NCBI RefSeq assembly: GCF_009914755.1
Contig: NC_060931.1
Direction: 5' to 3' (one strand)
Length of the DNA: 64,000 nucleotides
DNA from: the human T2T-CHM13v2.0 reference genome, Homo sapiens
The translations under genes were made by a program, and so were the position numbers. Below the pieces are notes generated by a model. The model did no database searches and was not told the origin of the DNA. It was given only the letters and a program-made list of their open reading frames with translations. Below are positions 1-14,439 of the stretch, in pieces. Position 1 is the first letter of the stretch. Every line of letters begins with the position of its first letter.

Positions 1-2450
1 TTCAAATAATATTATGTCACCTGCCCATGTTCCATTTTTGGGTTCATTATTCTTTTTGTAGATCTAGGTTTATGTCTATTACATTTTTCCTTCCCCCCAA
101 AGACTTCCTTTAGTTTCTTATAGTGTGGGTTTGCTGTTGATGATGTCTTTCAGCTTCTGTGAAGCAAAATAGTCCTTATTTTTGCCTGTTTCTGAAAGAT
201 AGTCAACAAAGTATTACACTTTATTGTATGCAATTATAGGGTGCTTTTGATCCTTCTTTCACTTTGTTAAAGATTTTACTCTTCCTAGTTTACCTATAAT
301 ATACCTAAACCACTACCAATAATCTTTCTGGTTTACGTATTTTTTTTGATGAGAAATATGTTTGCTAATACACAATGAATTTGTCTTTTCTTCTCTCAAA
401 TATGACTGATTTTTAGTTTTCTTTTTGTCGATAGTTTTAAGAATTTTGAGTACAGTATCACTTGGTGTAGTTTCTTTTGCCTGATGTTCATGGAACTTCT
501 GGAATCTGGAATCTGTGGGTTCATAATTTTCAAAAGTTTTTTGTTTGTTTGTTTTTTAAGAGACATGATTTCACTCTGTCACCTGGGCTGTGGTGCAGTT
601 GCAAGATAAGAGCTCACTCTTACCTCAAACTCCAGGGCTCAAATAATCCTCCAGCTTCAGCCTCCTGAGTAACTGGTACTACAGGCATGAATGCAGCTTA
701 TTTTTAAAAATTTTTTTTGTAAGGATGAGGTCTCTCTGTGTTGCTCAGGCTGGTCTCAAACTCGACCTCAAGTGATCCTCCCGCCTCAGTCACCCAAAGC
801 ACTGGGATTACAGATGTGAGCCACTGCACCTGTCCTCAATTCCTTTTTAAATGGTAATTATTCTTCAAATATTTTTTCTATGACTCTTCTTTAAGGACTC
901 CAATGGCACATTTATTAGGCCACTTGAAGTTTTCGCACAGCTCACTGATGTGAGGACTTCATATTTGTACATATTTTTCTTCTGCAGTTTACTTTTCATC
1001 TCAGCTATTGTATTTGTTTACTTCTAAAATTTCCATATAGGGTCTTTTAAAATATTTCCCATATCTTTACTTAAGATGCCCAATCTTTATCTTCTTGAAG
1101 GTATGGATTAAATTATACAAAATATTTAAAGTCATTTTCTGTTATTCCTATCATTTGTGTCATTCTGCATCTGCTTCTGTTGATTGACTTTTCTTCTTAT
1201 TCTGAGTCATATTTTATGCCATTATTGAGTGACTTTATTTTTAAATCAGTTTACAGATCTTGTGGATTTTAGTTGTTGGGAGCTATTTAGGCAGAACAAG
1301 GGATACCTTTCATCTAGGGATAATTTTTCACCAATCTCAAGGCCATACACTTCTGAGCATCTATCTGAGTGTGCTTTATTTACAAAGCTTTCCATGATGC
1401 TGAGGGAGTACCGATAACATTTGTGTGAGCTCCCAAATGTGTTCCTTCTGCCTCCTTGTGAGTGGTTCCTTCCCTAGTCTCAGGAAGCCAGCACATGCAT
1501 TGATCTGTCCCATGGTTAGATGCCCATGGGGCCCCTCCAGAGCTCTGAAGCTTGACCACTGTGCAATTCACCCCTCTCTGGTATTAACCTGTGAATTGTA
1601 GCTGTCTTGACTTTCCTGGCCTCCTGGCTCCATTCTTTCAATTCTGGGAGACTACCAGCCTCTACTTGATTGTGTTCTTACTGGTCAGTGACCTGAAACT
1701 CTCCCAGAAGTTAGCTGGGAAAATCTTAGCTCAGTCTCTTCCCTTTATCTCAAGGATCACTGTCTAGAGTTGCCAAATGTCCAATATCTGAAAAATATTT
1801 TAATTTTTATAATATGTGTTTTTAGTTAGTTTAAGGGGGAGGTGTTTTTACTGGACATTGACTCTAACTTAACAGTTTACTTATCACCATTAAAGATATT
1901 ATTCGATGTATTCTTGTTTCCAACATTCTTTTTTGAGAAGTGAGCTGTTGATACTATTGTCATTTCATTTAGATTTTTTGTCCTTGTCAAGATTTTTCTC
2001 ATTTTATATTTTTCAACAGCTTGAATATGTGTTCCTAATGATATTTTCTACATTGTTATCTTACCTTGGTATCACTTGGTTCCTTAAAATTTGTTTTCTT
2101 TTTTTCTTTTTTTTTTTTTTAACCAGTTTTGGAACAACCTTAAGAATTGTCTTTTGTTTGTTTTTCTATTTGTGTGATCTTTGAAGTTTATTGACGTGAA
2201 GTAGTTCATTGTACTTTTATGATTTACAGAATATCTACATGGTCTGTGATTATGTCCCCATTATTATTTTTATTATTGTTTTTTTCTGTTTGTTTAGTTA
2301 TTTGTCTAATTTCACCATAAGTATTCCCATTTCCCTATTATTTCAAAAGACAAATCCAGGACATAGTGACTTTCTATATTATACTTGTTTAATCCCAGTT
2401 TTTGCTCTTACATTTATTATTTGTTTTTAATTTATTTTTTTACTTTTTGA
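1..2450 (-). mobile_element. Old L1M fragments (ORF1/5' region), interrupted by an AluJ
   Basis: T-rich antisense L1-like text, e.g. tctgaaagatagt; heavily diverged. Confidence 0.55.
537..835 (-). mobile_element. AluJ
   Basis: Dimeric antisense Alu with poly-T; strongly diverged. Confidence 0.9.
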
Positions 2451-2469
2451 GATGGGTAAGTAGGTAATC

Positions 2470-3800
2470 AAGATTTTAATAAACTTTGAGAATAGTTTTA
2501 GATTTACAGAATATTTGCAAAGAAAGTATAGAGTTTCCCTATAACTTGCACCCAGTTCCCTCTATTATGAAGAAAGTACATTAGTATTGGACATTCATTA
2601 CTTTTTTAAATTCATACATTAGTAACTAAAATTCATTCTGTATTGGGATTTCCTTCCTTTTTATCCCCTTTTTTTTCTATTTTGGGATACCACATTCCAT
2701 TTAGTCATGTGTTTTGGGGAGGAAGATAACAGATTAAGTACAATTTTTATCATATGATATCAAAGATACACAAATTATCAACGTGACTTTCATGGTTGAT
2801 ATGGAGCTTGATCACACGGCAAAGATAATGTTTGCCCTGTTTTCCACCAAAATCCACCTGCTTTTGCACGGTATACTCTTTGGAAGGAAGTCAATCTGCA
2901 CAGCCTGAACTTAAGGAGTGGAGAGTTATGCTTCACCTTCTTGAGATGAAGTATCCAAACAAATTACTTAAAATTATTCTGCATGGGAGATTCATTTTTT
3001 TCCCCATTTTCAAACTTTATTCAATGTTCCATTTCTGTCAGGGTGAATTCATGAATATTTATTTCAAACTTTAGTAATAATCCATTAGCACTTTTTTCAT
3101 GTTGTTGCTTGGGTTGCTTCAGCTTTGACAATTAGGACTTTTAGTGGGCTCTTGGGTGCATTTGACATATTCCGTTATTGTGTGTACGTGTGTGTGTGTG
3201 TGTACCCAGCACTTCTTCACTTCCTTACTTCCTGCCACAATAGGCTGCTCCAGGCTTATCTTGTATATTTCTTGTTCAGCCCTAGAATCTACCATTTCTC
3301 CGAGGACGCTGATTTCTGTTTATTGGAGAATGGTTTTAGATCTGAGACCTAGGTGCATAAGCTCATCATTGCCTAGGTTTCATAACTTCTAAGCCCTCTC
3401 AGGTGACAGAGCAAAAAAAATGTTTGAGTGTACACTAACCTGCACATTTACATGTACCTATAAATATGTTTGTATGTAAATACCTGTATCTATATTTGAC
3501 TAAGTATAAATTCATACTGATGTCTTCAATTCTAATTAATTGATTATCACTAGGATCATTCTAATCTCCATTCGCTTCTTATCTATGAAATCCTTCTCCA
3601 ACAATGAGAAACCTCACACCATTATTTGCCATCTATTAACTTCATTGTGAAATTCCAGGATATACTTATTGGAATAATAAAATTGCTAACCATAGACCTG
3701 GAAATAACTTTATCATTGGAAATACAATGCCTATGTAGTGTCTTTTGCCTTACTTTTGTATTCCATTTATTTTCAAATTTAGTCAATCAGGTTTCATTTC
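2470..3800 (-). mobile_element. L1MC3/L1MC4-like 3' UTR
   Basis: ttttagatttacagaatatttgcaaag terminus; same 3' UTR family as the element starting at 31510. Confidence 0.7.
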
Positions 3801-3890
3801 CTATTTTCTTCAAGGACAGCATACTTGTCATGGTGAACCTAGTTGAACATTGTGATTTGTATTTTTATTATTAAAATAATGTATACATAC

Positions 3891-3946
3891 TCATGAATTT
3901 TTTCTCTGCAATGTATCATTGTCAAAATCCAATGTATTCTTTATAA
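3891..3946 (-). pseudogene. Candidate fossil exon, 56 nt: IKNTLDFDNDTLQRKNS*
   Basis: Acceptor cttttaaaacag; donor gtatgt; phase 1 matches the previous exon. Confidence 0.35.
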
Positions 3947-3959
3947 CTGTTTTAAAAGT

Positions 3960-4141
3960 AATTTATTTTATTTATTTCTATTTTAGAGATGGGTTCTCAC
4001 TGTGTTGCTCAGGCTGGAATACAGTAGCTATTCACTTTGAGATCATAGTGTGCTATAGCTTTAAACTTCTGGGCTCAAGCAATTCTCCTGCCTCAGCCTC
4101 CTGAACACCTGGGGCTACAGGCATGTACCACTATGCCAGAC
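3960..4141 (-). mobile_element. FAM (fossil Alu monomer)
   Basis: Monomer retaining the 7SL-like gctattcac..gatcatag segment that is absent from dimeric Alus. Confidence 0.8.
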
Positions 4142-4243
4142 ACATAATTCTTTTTAAATGTCTGCCTAGAAATCTGTTTTTCATGCACATTTACATGTAT
4201 GTATGTGCACATGTGTGTGCATATATTGAATACATATATATAC

Positions 4244-4428
4244 TTTCTCTTTGTAATTGTATATTAAATGGATACAGCAGGATAGGTGAGTACACGTGCA
4301 CTTTTATCTCAGCCATAACAATGAGAATGGCCACAAGTGTCAGTAAAATGCATTTAGATAAAAATTGTAGTGACCTTTGAGTGATCATACACACATTTTT
4401 CAAGACCATTTTTAATTTTACAACTTTT
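4244..4428 (-). pseudogene. Candidate fossil exon, 185 nt, phase 2/1, inside ORF 4191..4535
   Basis: ctaat ... caatatag acceptor; open; donor AAA|gtatat. Confidence 0.4.
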
Positions 4429-4743
4429 CTATATTGAGTATATATTAGATTTAGATATGAAACAAAAATTATGAAAGTATATGAAATATAGACATTTATC
4501 TCTATGTATTTATCTGTGTTTATTTCCCTTGACATGTGTTTTCAATTTCCTCAACTTTACTTATTTTTTAGTGTTCCAGTATTTACTTATAGTAAATATT
4601 ATATTATTGTTTTCTAAATGAAACTTAATTTGCTTTGTTGCCTAGTGAGTGAGATAACAATACCCATGCACCAGATGAAAGCTGCATAAGATCCTGTCTC
4701 TAAAACTTTTTGCCAATTTGATAATAATATTATTAATATTAAA

Positions 4744-6180
<1,437 letters not shown>

Positions 6181-6488
6181 AAAGGAAATAAATACAAATA
6201 GAATAAATTTAAATCTCTTTATTTATAATCATGTTAATTTTTGGACATTATTGTTTTCTATTTTTCATATCTTTTTTCAATTATATTTCTAAGTCTTTGA
6301 CACAACCAACTTTTATAGAATAAAAATCAGTCTTTTTGTATTATTATTTTTAATTGACATAATAATTATACATAATGATAAGGCACAGTATTATATTTCA
6401 ATAGATGTATGCAATCAATATTGATCAATTCAGGGCAATTGGCATATCCATCACCTCAAACACTTATTGCTTCTTTCCTTTGACATAC

Positions 6489-6722
6489 ATTTTCATAATA
6501 TTTTCAGATAGGAAACTAGTTTTCTGAATTCTATATTTCCAATATTTTTGTAATCTGTGATATCTCTGAATTATCATATTTAAGTTGATGTGTTGGTTAC
6601 TTTTAGCTTTAAATTAGAAATCTTGAAACACATCTCCTATTAAGTAGAACTTGGGTCAAACTTTTACATCCTTATTGAGTGTTTGGGTCAAGAGTTCTTT
6701 CATTCCAGGTGTTTATGTTTTA
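6489..6722 (-). pseudogene. Fossil exon, 234 nt, phase 2/2: ..PGMKELLTQTLNKDVKV*PKFYLIGDVFQDF*FKAKSNQHINLNMIIQRYHRLQKYWKYRIQKTSFLSENIMK
   Basis: Acceptor cattttatttcatcag; donor AAT|gtatgt. Confidence 0.5.
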
Positions 6723-8330
6723 CTGATGAAATAAAATGCATGTAGTATTTGATGCTAATTTGAAGCTGACCTCTAGAAACTTAGTTTGCATTGGCAATAA
6801 TTCATTTAATGGATTTCTCAACTAATCAGACACAATTAATTTATAGTCTTTGGTGCAGAAAGAAATTCCAAGCAACATGAGCAGCCAGTCTCTTTATAAT
6901 CGTGCACTTTCAGTGCACAGCAGTAACACACAATCAATAGGTAGTCACATCTGATTAGCATCTCACATTTAGAGAGTGCACTGTCTCAATCTCAGAGTTC
7001 TCAGTAAATGAGAATGCATCTTAGAGTTGGAAAGTATGTGATTTGGGCCTGTAGTAACCAACATACTCCATTCTAAATCAAATTGTCAATCCTCAAATAT
7101 GTAATTTCTAAGAACTGGATACGTTACTCAAAGTTCCACAGCTTTCAAATGAACATAGAGAAGAGTTTTCCCCTTCTGGCTCACTCTTATTTTCTTTAAA
7201 ATTATGCCAGTCACAGTGCTCAGCTGATCATCTATCTATCTGTACAGATGGATTATTTTGAGGTCTAGCCTACCAGGTTCTTCAGCTCATCTCCAACGAA
7301 CTTGTCTTCCTCCCTGCTTCAGCCACACATTCCAACAGTTATACTCTGAGACTTTATCATTACCTACTCAAGTCCCCCTCCCCGAATATTATTCCTAAAA
7401 TTTCATGGTCTTCCTAGTGAATCCTGCCTTTTCATATCACCTTCTCACGTACTGAAAATCTATCAAAAGTTTGGCTCCAAATACATAGTCCTCGATGTAC
7501 TAATCTTGCCACAATTTACTAACAACAACCCCATTTATTCTGTATGTTCCACTTAGTTTATCCAGTTTAAATTAGCTGGTCATTCCTTATACCCTTTCCC
7601 TTGCTCGTGATCAAGACTACCTTTACCCCTTGAAAGGACAATAAAAATGCTGGTTAAATTCCTACCTTGACAACCTTATTTCCTGTGCCCCGGAAGCTAC
7701 TGTGACTAAAGAAAAATGCTGAAAGCTACCCTTTTCAGTTCCCAGTCCCTGCGTTGAGTGGAGTCATTCATTCTCTCCAGCAATTGTTCTACCTTTCTCT
7801 ACCCCTTTCTCAAAACTTTATATCTTTTCTATTTTTCTCTAACCTACAAGACTGCTTCACCCATTCATACTCAGTTGAAACCCTTACTTTCTATTTCACT
7901 GGGAAATTGCTGTTTCTTATATTTTCCTAGATGGGTTCCCACATATTCCAGCTTCTCTCTTGTTATTGGTGGTTGAACATTTCTTACTCCAGTTAAGACG
8001 GAGCCCTCAGGGGGAGGATTTGTCTATCTGTTCACCTCTTTCAATCTATCCTCAGCACCACAAACAGAGGAATATTGTTAATTAAAAAATCAGATCATGC
8101 TGCTATATCACCTCATTGGTGAATGACTATAGAAACAATTGTTTATTCCCCAATAATCAATTTCCCCTGAAACCCTAGCATCCTAATTACCAGCACTCCA
8201 CCTTAATTGCTCCCTACCATGGATACCCCCAACATCTCTTACTCACCAGAACCGTTCTGATTCTCAAATAAAAATAAAAGTCTGATTCTCTAATCTTAGC
8301 ACAGCATGATATAGATAGATATACATATAG

Positions 8331-8697
<367 letters not shown>

Positions 8698-9048
8698 TGA
8701 TTCATCTTTTTCTTTAACTTAAGACCTTTGATCATTTTCCTGCAGAGAGTTGACAAAACTTCCATTGTGGTTCATATGACTGTATTCCTCAAAGATACTG
8801 ATTTTTTGGGGGAGAATTTCACTTAAAAGCCTACACTTATGCAACTATAAATTTATGATGACAATTTCAGCTGGGCTACTCCATTACTCAATAACCTTTA
8901 TTTTGGGAGTCAGTTTTCTTCCTGTCTTCTCCCTGTGCTACACACCTTCTATATTCCTCATATTCAAACATTTCCTCTTTATTCTTAGCAATCACCTTCA
9001 TTTCTCTGCAATGAAAGCAGAATGTTTAGGCAAAAGCTTTTAAAACTA

Positions 9049-9366
9049 GGCCAGGCGTGGTGGTTCACACCTATAATTCTAGCACTCTGGGAGCCTGAGG
9101 CGGGTGGATCACTTGAGCCCAGGAGTTCAAGACCAGCCTGGGCAAAATGGAGAAACCCCATCTTCACAAAAAATACAAAAATTAGCTGGAGGTGGTGGTG
9201 CTCATCTGTGGTCCCAGCTACTTGGAGCTTGAGGCAAGAAAATTGCTTTAGCCGAGGGAAGTCAAGGTTGCAGTGAGCCATGATTGTGCCACTGCACTCC
9301 AGCTTCCAGCCTGGAGACCCTGTCTCACACACACACACACGTGCACGCACACACACACACGCTTCC
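9049..9366 (+). mobile_element. AluJ with a (CA)n tail
   Basis: Dimeric Alu; TSD aaaacta. Confidence 0.9.
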
Positions 9367-11023
9367 AAAACTACATTATCACCTACAAATGCATGTTTAA
9401 ATGTCTCCTTCTCCTATGTTACTGATAGACGTATCTCTTATGCAAGACTAATCCTTTCTCTCTTTAGACTGGATTTAACACCTTTCTAAGTGGACTGAAG
9501 CCCCAGCTCTTGCTGCAACACATTTTTGGTGTTAACTTCTTTTCACCACTCTCTTCAACTTGTCCCTTAAATTTTAGCAGTTCCTCCACTCTCTGGCAAA
9601 TGCCCTTTTCTTTTCTTACTGGTTTTCTCCTTAATCGGTGTCTCCAATGTCTTCAGCTTCAATTACCATCGGTAAGTAATTCCCCCCACACCAATACATA
9701 TTTACAGCCACTGTCTCCCTGGAGCTTCTGGCCTATGTGTCACAGCTGCCTAGAAGACTTTCATATTTGGATGACTCACATCCACCTTAACCTGTTCAAA
9801 ATTGAGCTCACCTTCTCCTTAAACTCTACTCTTCTGAGATTCCTTATTTTAACAAAAGGCATCACAATCTACAGATTAGCCCAAATTAGCATCAGGGATA
9901 TTTACTGTCTTTAATTCTTCCCTTCTATTTTTCACAAGCACCAACATGCCCTGAAATTTATGCATCTTAAAAATGCTTATCTCCCTTCACTTTATTTGCT
10001 CCCCTCAGCTCTTCCTTAGGAACAGGTCCTACTATATCTTACCTACATTCCTTCAAAACTCTAGGCATTCGTCCCATGGCTTCCAACCATTTCTCCATCT
10101 GCCACAGTTCACCATGCATCCAGTGTGATCTCTCTCGAATCAAAACATGAGCAGGTTAGTTTTAAGACACTTTAATGATTTTCTTTAACCTTCAAGTCAA
10201 ATTCATACTTGTTGAAATGTTTTATAATGATCTACAAGGTCCAGCTTCATTTTATTTCATAGGTTTTCTCCAATCACTTTATCCTCTGCTTAAATTGCCC
10301 AGATAGACCAGAATATCTGTTTAGTTTTTAGGTAAGTCATGTTTTCATTTGCTCTTGGAATTGATTTTTACAGTTATATCTGTCTCCTCCTCTGACCTCT
10401 TCTAGGTCACTCTGGGTCACAATCAGACATTTTTCCCTGAGTAGCATTTACATATGCATGGATTCGACACTTCTTCCCACTCTGTTTCTCTAGCTCCTGG
10501 TACCCCATCCAGGCTCCATTTATCCTACTTGTTTTGTTTGAAGAATTGTCTAACTGACAATATTATTAATTTCACTGAAATCGAGATAAGTACCTCTTGT
10601 ATATAATTTTTATTTTTACAAATTGATAAAGAGAAGATACCCAATAATTGTTAGTAAAATAAATTAACTGTTTTTTTCTCAGATAGTAAATATAGAACAT
10701 GTTAATATAAAGGAGACATTTTACTCTTCTTAAATACTTCAATAACTTATGGTTTTGCAGTGTAGCATCGTGATTAGAAAGCAGAAGTTATAAAGAAGAA
10801 AAAATCATTTGAGAACCCTGAAGACATTCTAAAAGTCAGAAATGTCTAGACATAGAATGTCAGAACTTAGGAGGATGGGAATCCCGCACATCCAAGGCTG
10901 CATGCTGACCATGGAGGAATCATGTACAGGCAATTCATTCATGCAGCGAGATTGATTAGGATTCCACAAAAATGTGCTGCATTGTGAACACTTTGAAGAC
11001 ACTTGAAAAGGTTTGAGACTCAC

Positions 11024-11281
11024 GTATATTATTCAAAACCTGAATTCAATTTTGCCAGGGGTAATGGTGGGATCTTAATCTGCATGCAGGAGAAATGATA
11101 TCAGCACCTGTTGTTGGTCTACACCAATATTCATATCCCCCAACTCTGAGGCTGTCTGATGGCATTAGTAGGGATAAAAACAAGCATGTGGTTAAGCTTG
11201 CAGTAAGACATCTCAGAGATACCATGATTCGATTATGATCTTCATACTCTGGGGATTGTTTCTGAGGGTATCTTAATGTTT
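11024..11281 (-). pseudogene. Fossil exon, 258 nt, phase 1/1: TLRYPQKQSPEYEDHNRIMVSLRCLTASLTTCLFLSLLMPSDSLRVGGYEYWCRPTTGADIISPACRLRSHHYPWQN*IQVLNNI
   Basis: Acceptor attcttccttaccttag; donor TAC|gtgagt; a single TGA at 11046-11048. Confidence 0.7.
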
Positions 11282-11311
11282 CTAAGGTAAGGAAGAATAT
11301 AAATTTAGAAG

Positions 11312-11955
11312 CAGGACCTGCTTCATAGGATGCCACTAATACAGTCACATAGAGCCTTGTGCTAGGGGCTTAATGTTCTGTGGCTGCTGTTCTGAAATTC
11401 TTAATGGTTTTATCATTGAATTTGCGTTTTGTAAGATATGTCTGATAGAACAATAATGCACGTATGAGGGGCTTGGTGTTTCAGCCACACGCAGTCCCAG
11501 CTCTCACTGTCTCCTTGCCCACTGAGCTCCCTCCCTCTGCCACTGCTCCATAACCACAACTACCCCCCAACTGAAACAGTTATCAAGAAGTCTTAGGGGT
11601 GTGGATGTGGATGAGTACATTCTGCTGTCACCCTCTGCTCCTTGCTGAGGACTTGAACTCAGGGGAGGATTGGGGCAGCTCTGTGCTGATCAAATCAGTG
11701 ACCATCCCATTTTTGGCTTACAAGATCATGGTGCCTTTGCTGGACAACTCTGCAATGGCCTCTCACCCACCCACAATTTAGGTACTGAGCACATCAGGTA
11801 GAGAGGTTACAGGGAGGTTGTAATGCCTTGGGTGGCACCTGTCCCCCATGGGTTGGGAAGGTAGGCTCTGGGAAGGGATGGTAATGTCCTCTTCCTCAGC
11901 TGGTGTCCTGGCTTTTCATTTTGCCCTGGGCCCCACAAATTACATAGAAAGTATT
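11312..11955 (+). mobile_element. MER45B/C-like hAT-Tip100 DNA transposon
   Basis: Ends caggacctgcttcatagg and ttttcattttgccctgggccccacaaattac match MER45 termini. Confidence 0.75.
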
Positions 11956-12200
11956 GTCTAGAAGTCAAACACATATTCATTAAAAAGGAGCTTCTAAGCT
12001 CCTTTTTAAAAGGGAGCAAGTTAATGACAGTGGAAGTGTGAATTTTTTCTATAAATGCTACATGTATCTATCTGTGTTTACATTTAATGAAAGATTTTCA
12101 TACAGATAAGCTTGGAAAGATAAAAGGAGATTTAGAAAAATTTAAGACAAGGATAGATTCTATAAGGAAAAAATAGTTAAGCATCGGAAATGTGAGTTAC

Positions 12201-12334
12201 TTTCATGCTTGAGTTTAAGTATGTATTTTTAAAGTCTTTTATAGTCAAACATCCTCAAGAAATCTATGGCACTTTTATACTGTGATTCTAGTCTGTTTCT
12301 GTCAACATGCTTATGTTTTCTTAATTTTGTAATC
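12201..12334 (-). pseudogene. Fossil exon, 134 nt, phase 2/1: ITKLRKHKHVDRNRLESQYKSAIDFLRMFDYKRL*KYILKLKHE
   Basis: Acceptor ttgtgttattatag; donor AAA|gtaact; phases match both neighbours. Confidence 0.55.
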
Positions 12335-12514
12335 CTATAATAACACAATGCATAGAGTAATTGGATCTACGGCTTTTGCTACTTCAAGTCTCTAAAAGGT
12401 TATTCAGGTACATAAAGTAAGTTGTTGTCTTCAATTTGGCAGCACTAGTATGATAAACTCTAGCTTGTTGAGTCCATTTCAAAAATTAATTTAGAAAAAT
12501 AACCTTTAACTTAC

Positions 12515-12669
12515 ATTGCTGTATTTTCTTTTTGCTTGATAGGTGGCCCAATAATAGGTTCTTCTCTGTTGTTCCCACCCTCATCTTTGAGGTTTAAAAG
12601 TCCTTAGGTGTTTCCTATGAATGCAAATAAACCAGAATTTGTCTGGACAGGATGCATCCCAGTAACTTC
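12515..12669 (-). pseudogene. Fossil exon, 155 nt: (L)KLLGCILSRQILVYLHS* ... DEGGNNREEPIIGPPIKQKENTA
   Basis: Acceptor ttaatatttcacag; donor AAT|gtaagt; 101-nt upstream intron. Confidence 0.75.
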
Positions 12670-12770
12670 CTGTGAAATATTAACTGATTAAATTTCAAGT
12701 GCCCAACCATCTTTTTGGTCCATTACCTCTTGGGACTAATTCATGGAAATTGAATGATACATTAACTTAC

Positions 12771-12980
12771 AGGTCAAAGTCAAATGTGCTGCCCCAGGCA
12801 GGAATTTTTGTTCAAATTTCCATTTTGCTTGAAATAAAACTCCTCTTACACTTCAGTAGCCTGAATCCAACTTTCAAGCTCTGTGGTGACTGATAAGACA
12901 TCCGCCAAATATTTTTTTCTGGACAGAATCCTATTCTGACATTCATTTCCCCAGAAAACACTTGCTGCTTTGAGTGCTGC
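12771..12980 (-). pseudogene. Fossil exon, 210 nt: AALKAASVFWGNECQNRILSRKKYLADVLSVTTELESWIQAT / frameshift / KRSFISSKMEI*TKIPAWGSTFDFD
   Basis: Acceptor ttgctgtcacag; donor CCT|gtaagt; phase-2 end joins the next exon. Confidence 0.75.
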
Positions 12981-13070
12981 CTGTGACAGCAATCAATAAG
13001 TTACAAAGAGTTTATCCAAATCAGGGTCAGATAACTGGACTTGGGACAGTTTAGTTCATGTAGATATAAC

Positions 13071-13130
13071 CTCTCCTATCATGTTAATACCACTATCCTT
13101 TCTGAAGTTGCAGTCTACAGAGGTATGAAA
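13071..13130 (-). pseudogene. Fossil exon, 60 nt, phase 0/0: FHTSVDCNFRKDSGINMIGE
   Basis: Strong acceptor tttgccttcttatttcatag; donor GAG|gttata; 90-nt intron follows. Confidence 0.55.
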
Positions 13131-13289
13131 CTATGAAATAAGAAGGCAAACATAGGTTAACCAAAACTCTCAGTAAAGATAATACTATATTAAATCATCT
13201 TTTAATTTAGAAGTAGTTAAGATATATAGCAGATATATTAAAAGATAATAAGAAATGTTAAAATAATAAAATTATAGAAAGGGACCCTT

Positions 13290-14324
13290 GAGCACTCATA
13301 ACAATAACAAAAAGCCAACATTATGTGGAATCTTGGCATCAACTTGTAAGCTGAGAACCCTGTACTCTTCCACACAGATAAGTGAATTATTTTAAAGAGT
13401 ATTTCTTTGCTTTCAATCCTTAGACAAATTTGACTGCTTCATACAAATATGGGGCAGGATTATTGATATGGTTTGGCTGTGGCCCCACCCAAATCTCATC
13501 TTGAATTGTAGTTCTCATAATCCTTACATTTTGTGAGAGGGACCCGGTGGGAGGTAATTTTATCATGGGGGTGGTTACCCTCATGCTGTTCTTGCGATAG
13601 TGAGTTCTTGTGAGATCTGATGGTTTTATAAGGGTCTTTCTCCTCTTTTACTCAGCACTTCTCCTTGCTGCCGCCATGTGAAGAAGGACATGTTTGCTTC
13701 TTCTTCTGCCATGATTGTAAGTTTCCTGAGGCTTCCCCAGCACTGTGGAACTGTGCGTCAGTTAAACTCTTTTCTTTATAAATTACCCAGTCTTGGGTAT
13801 TTCTTCAGAGCAGCATGAGAATGGACTAATATAGTTCTCATAAACATCCTTCAGATAAGTTGGACAATTTCATTTTTCAGTAACTCTCATTCTTTTCAAT
13901 TTCAGACTTTTCCAGGGCTTCTCCTACAGATTGGTGGGATTCACACTTCCTTCTTGACATTCAGGTGTCCACCTTCTTCTATACTGGTTAAATTCCCTAG
14001 TATATCTCCACTCATGTCTTTCTTCCTAAAATTGACCCCAAATCCTTAATGTTCTGATGTTCCACACTCCAAATGTCACCCATTCACATGAATCTATCAA
14101 GGCACTGTAATTTTAACAGATATTCCAGGAGTGAAAAATGGTAAATTATGTCACATGCTTTTGAATCCGAGTGAAATCTCCTCAGCTGAGTTCAGCTGCA
14201 GCTAGGGGGAACAGTTTCCTAGAACTCAGCCTCAGGGTGAAAGCATCCCACATCACTGTCATTCTTTCCTAATAATCATCTCCAACCTTCTTGGAAACAT
14301 GCTTAGCTGACATAAAAACATAGC
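13290..14324 (-). pseudogene. Candidate large fossil exon interrupted by THE1D (GYVFMSAKHVSKKVGDDY*ERMTVMWDAFTLRLSSRKLFPLAAAELS..)
   Basis: Acceptor ccctcctctaattttcag; purine-rich coding-like - strand on both sides of the LTR; 3' end uncertain. Confidence 0.4.
13464..13833 (+). mobile_element. THE1D solo LTR (MaLR)
   Basis: tgatatggtttggctgt ... atggactaatata. Confidence 0.9.
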
Positions 14325-14439
14325 CTGAAAATTAGAGGAGGGAACAGTCTTGAGTACAATGCTTCATTCTCCTTTTCTTTATATGAATAATTCTTAGAGG
14401 CATTATTTCTAGCCACCATTAAGTTATGTGGATATGTGA

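Noticed and set aside
6770-7048. Extra minus-strand exon upstream of 6722
   Set aside because: It would need an intron of about 47 nt and has stops in all frames; not supportable without an ortholog.
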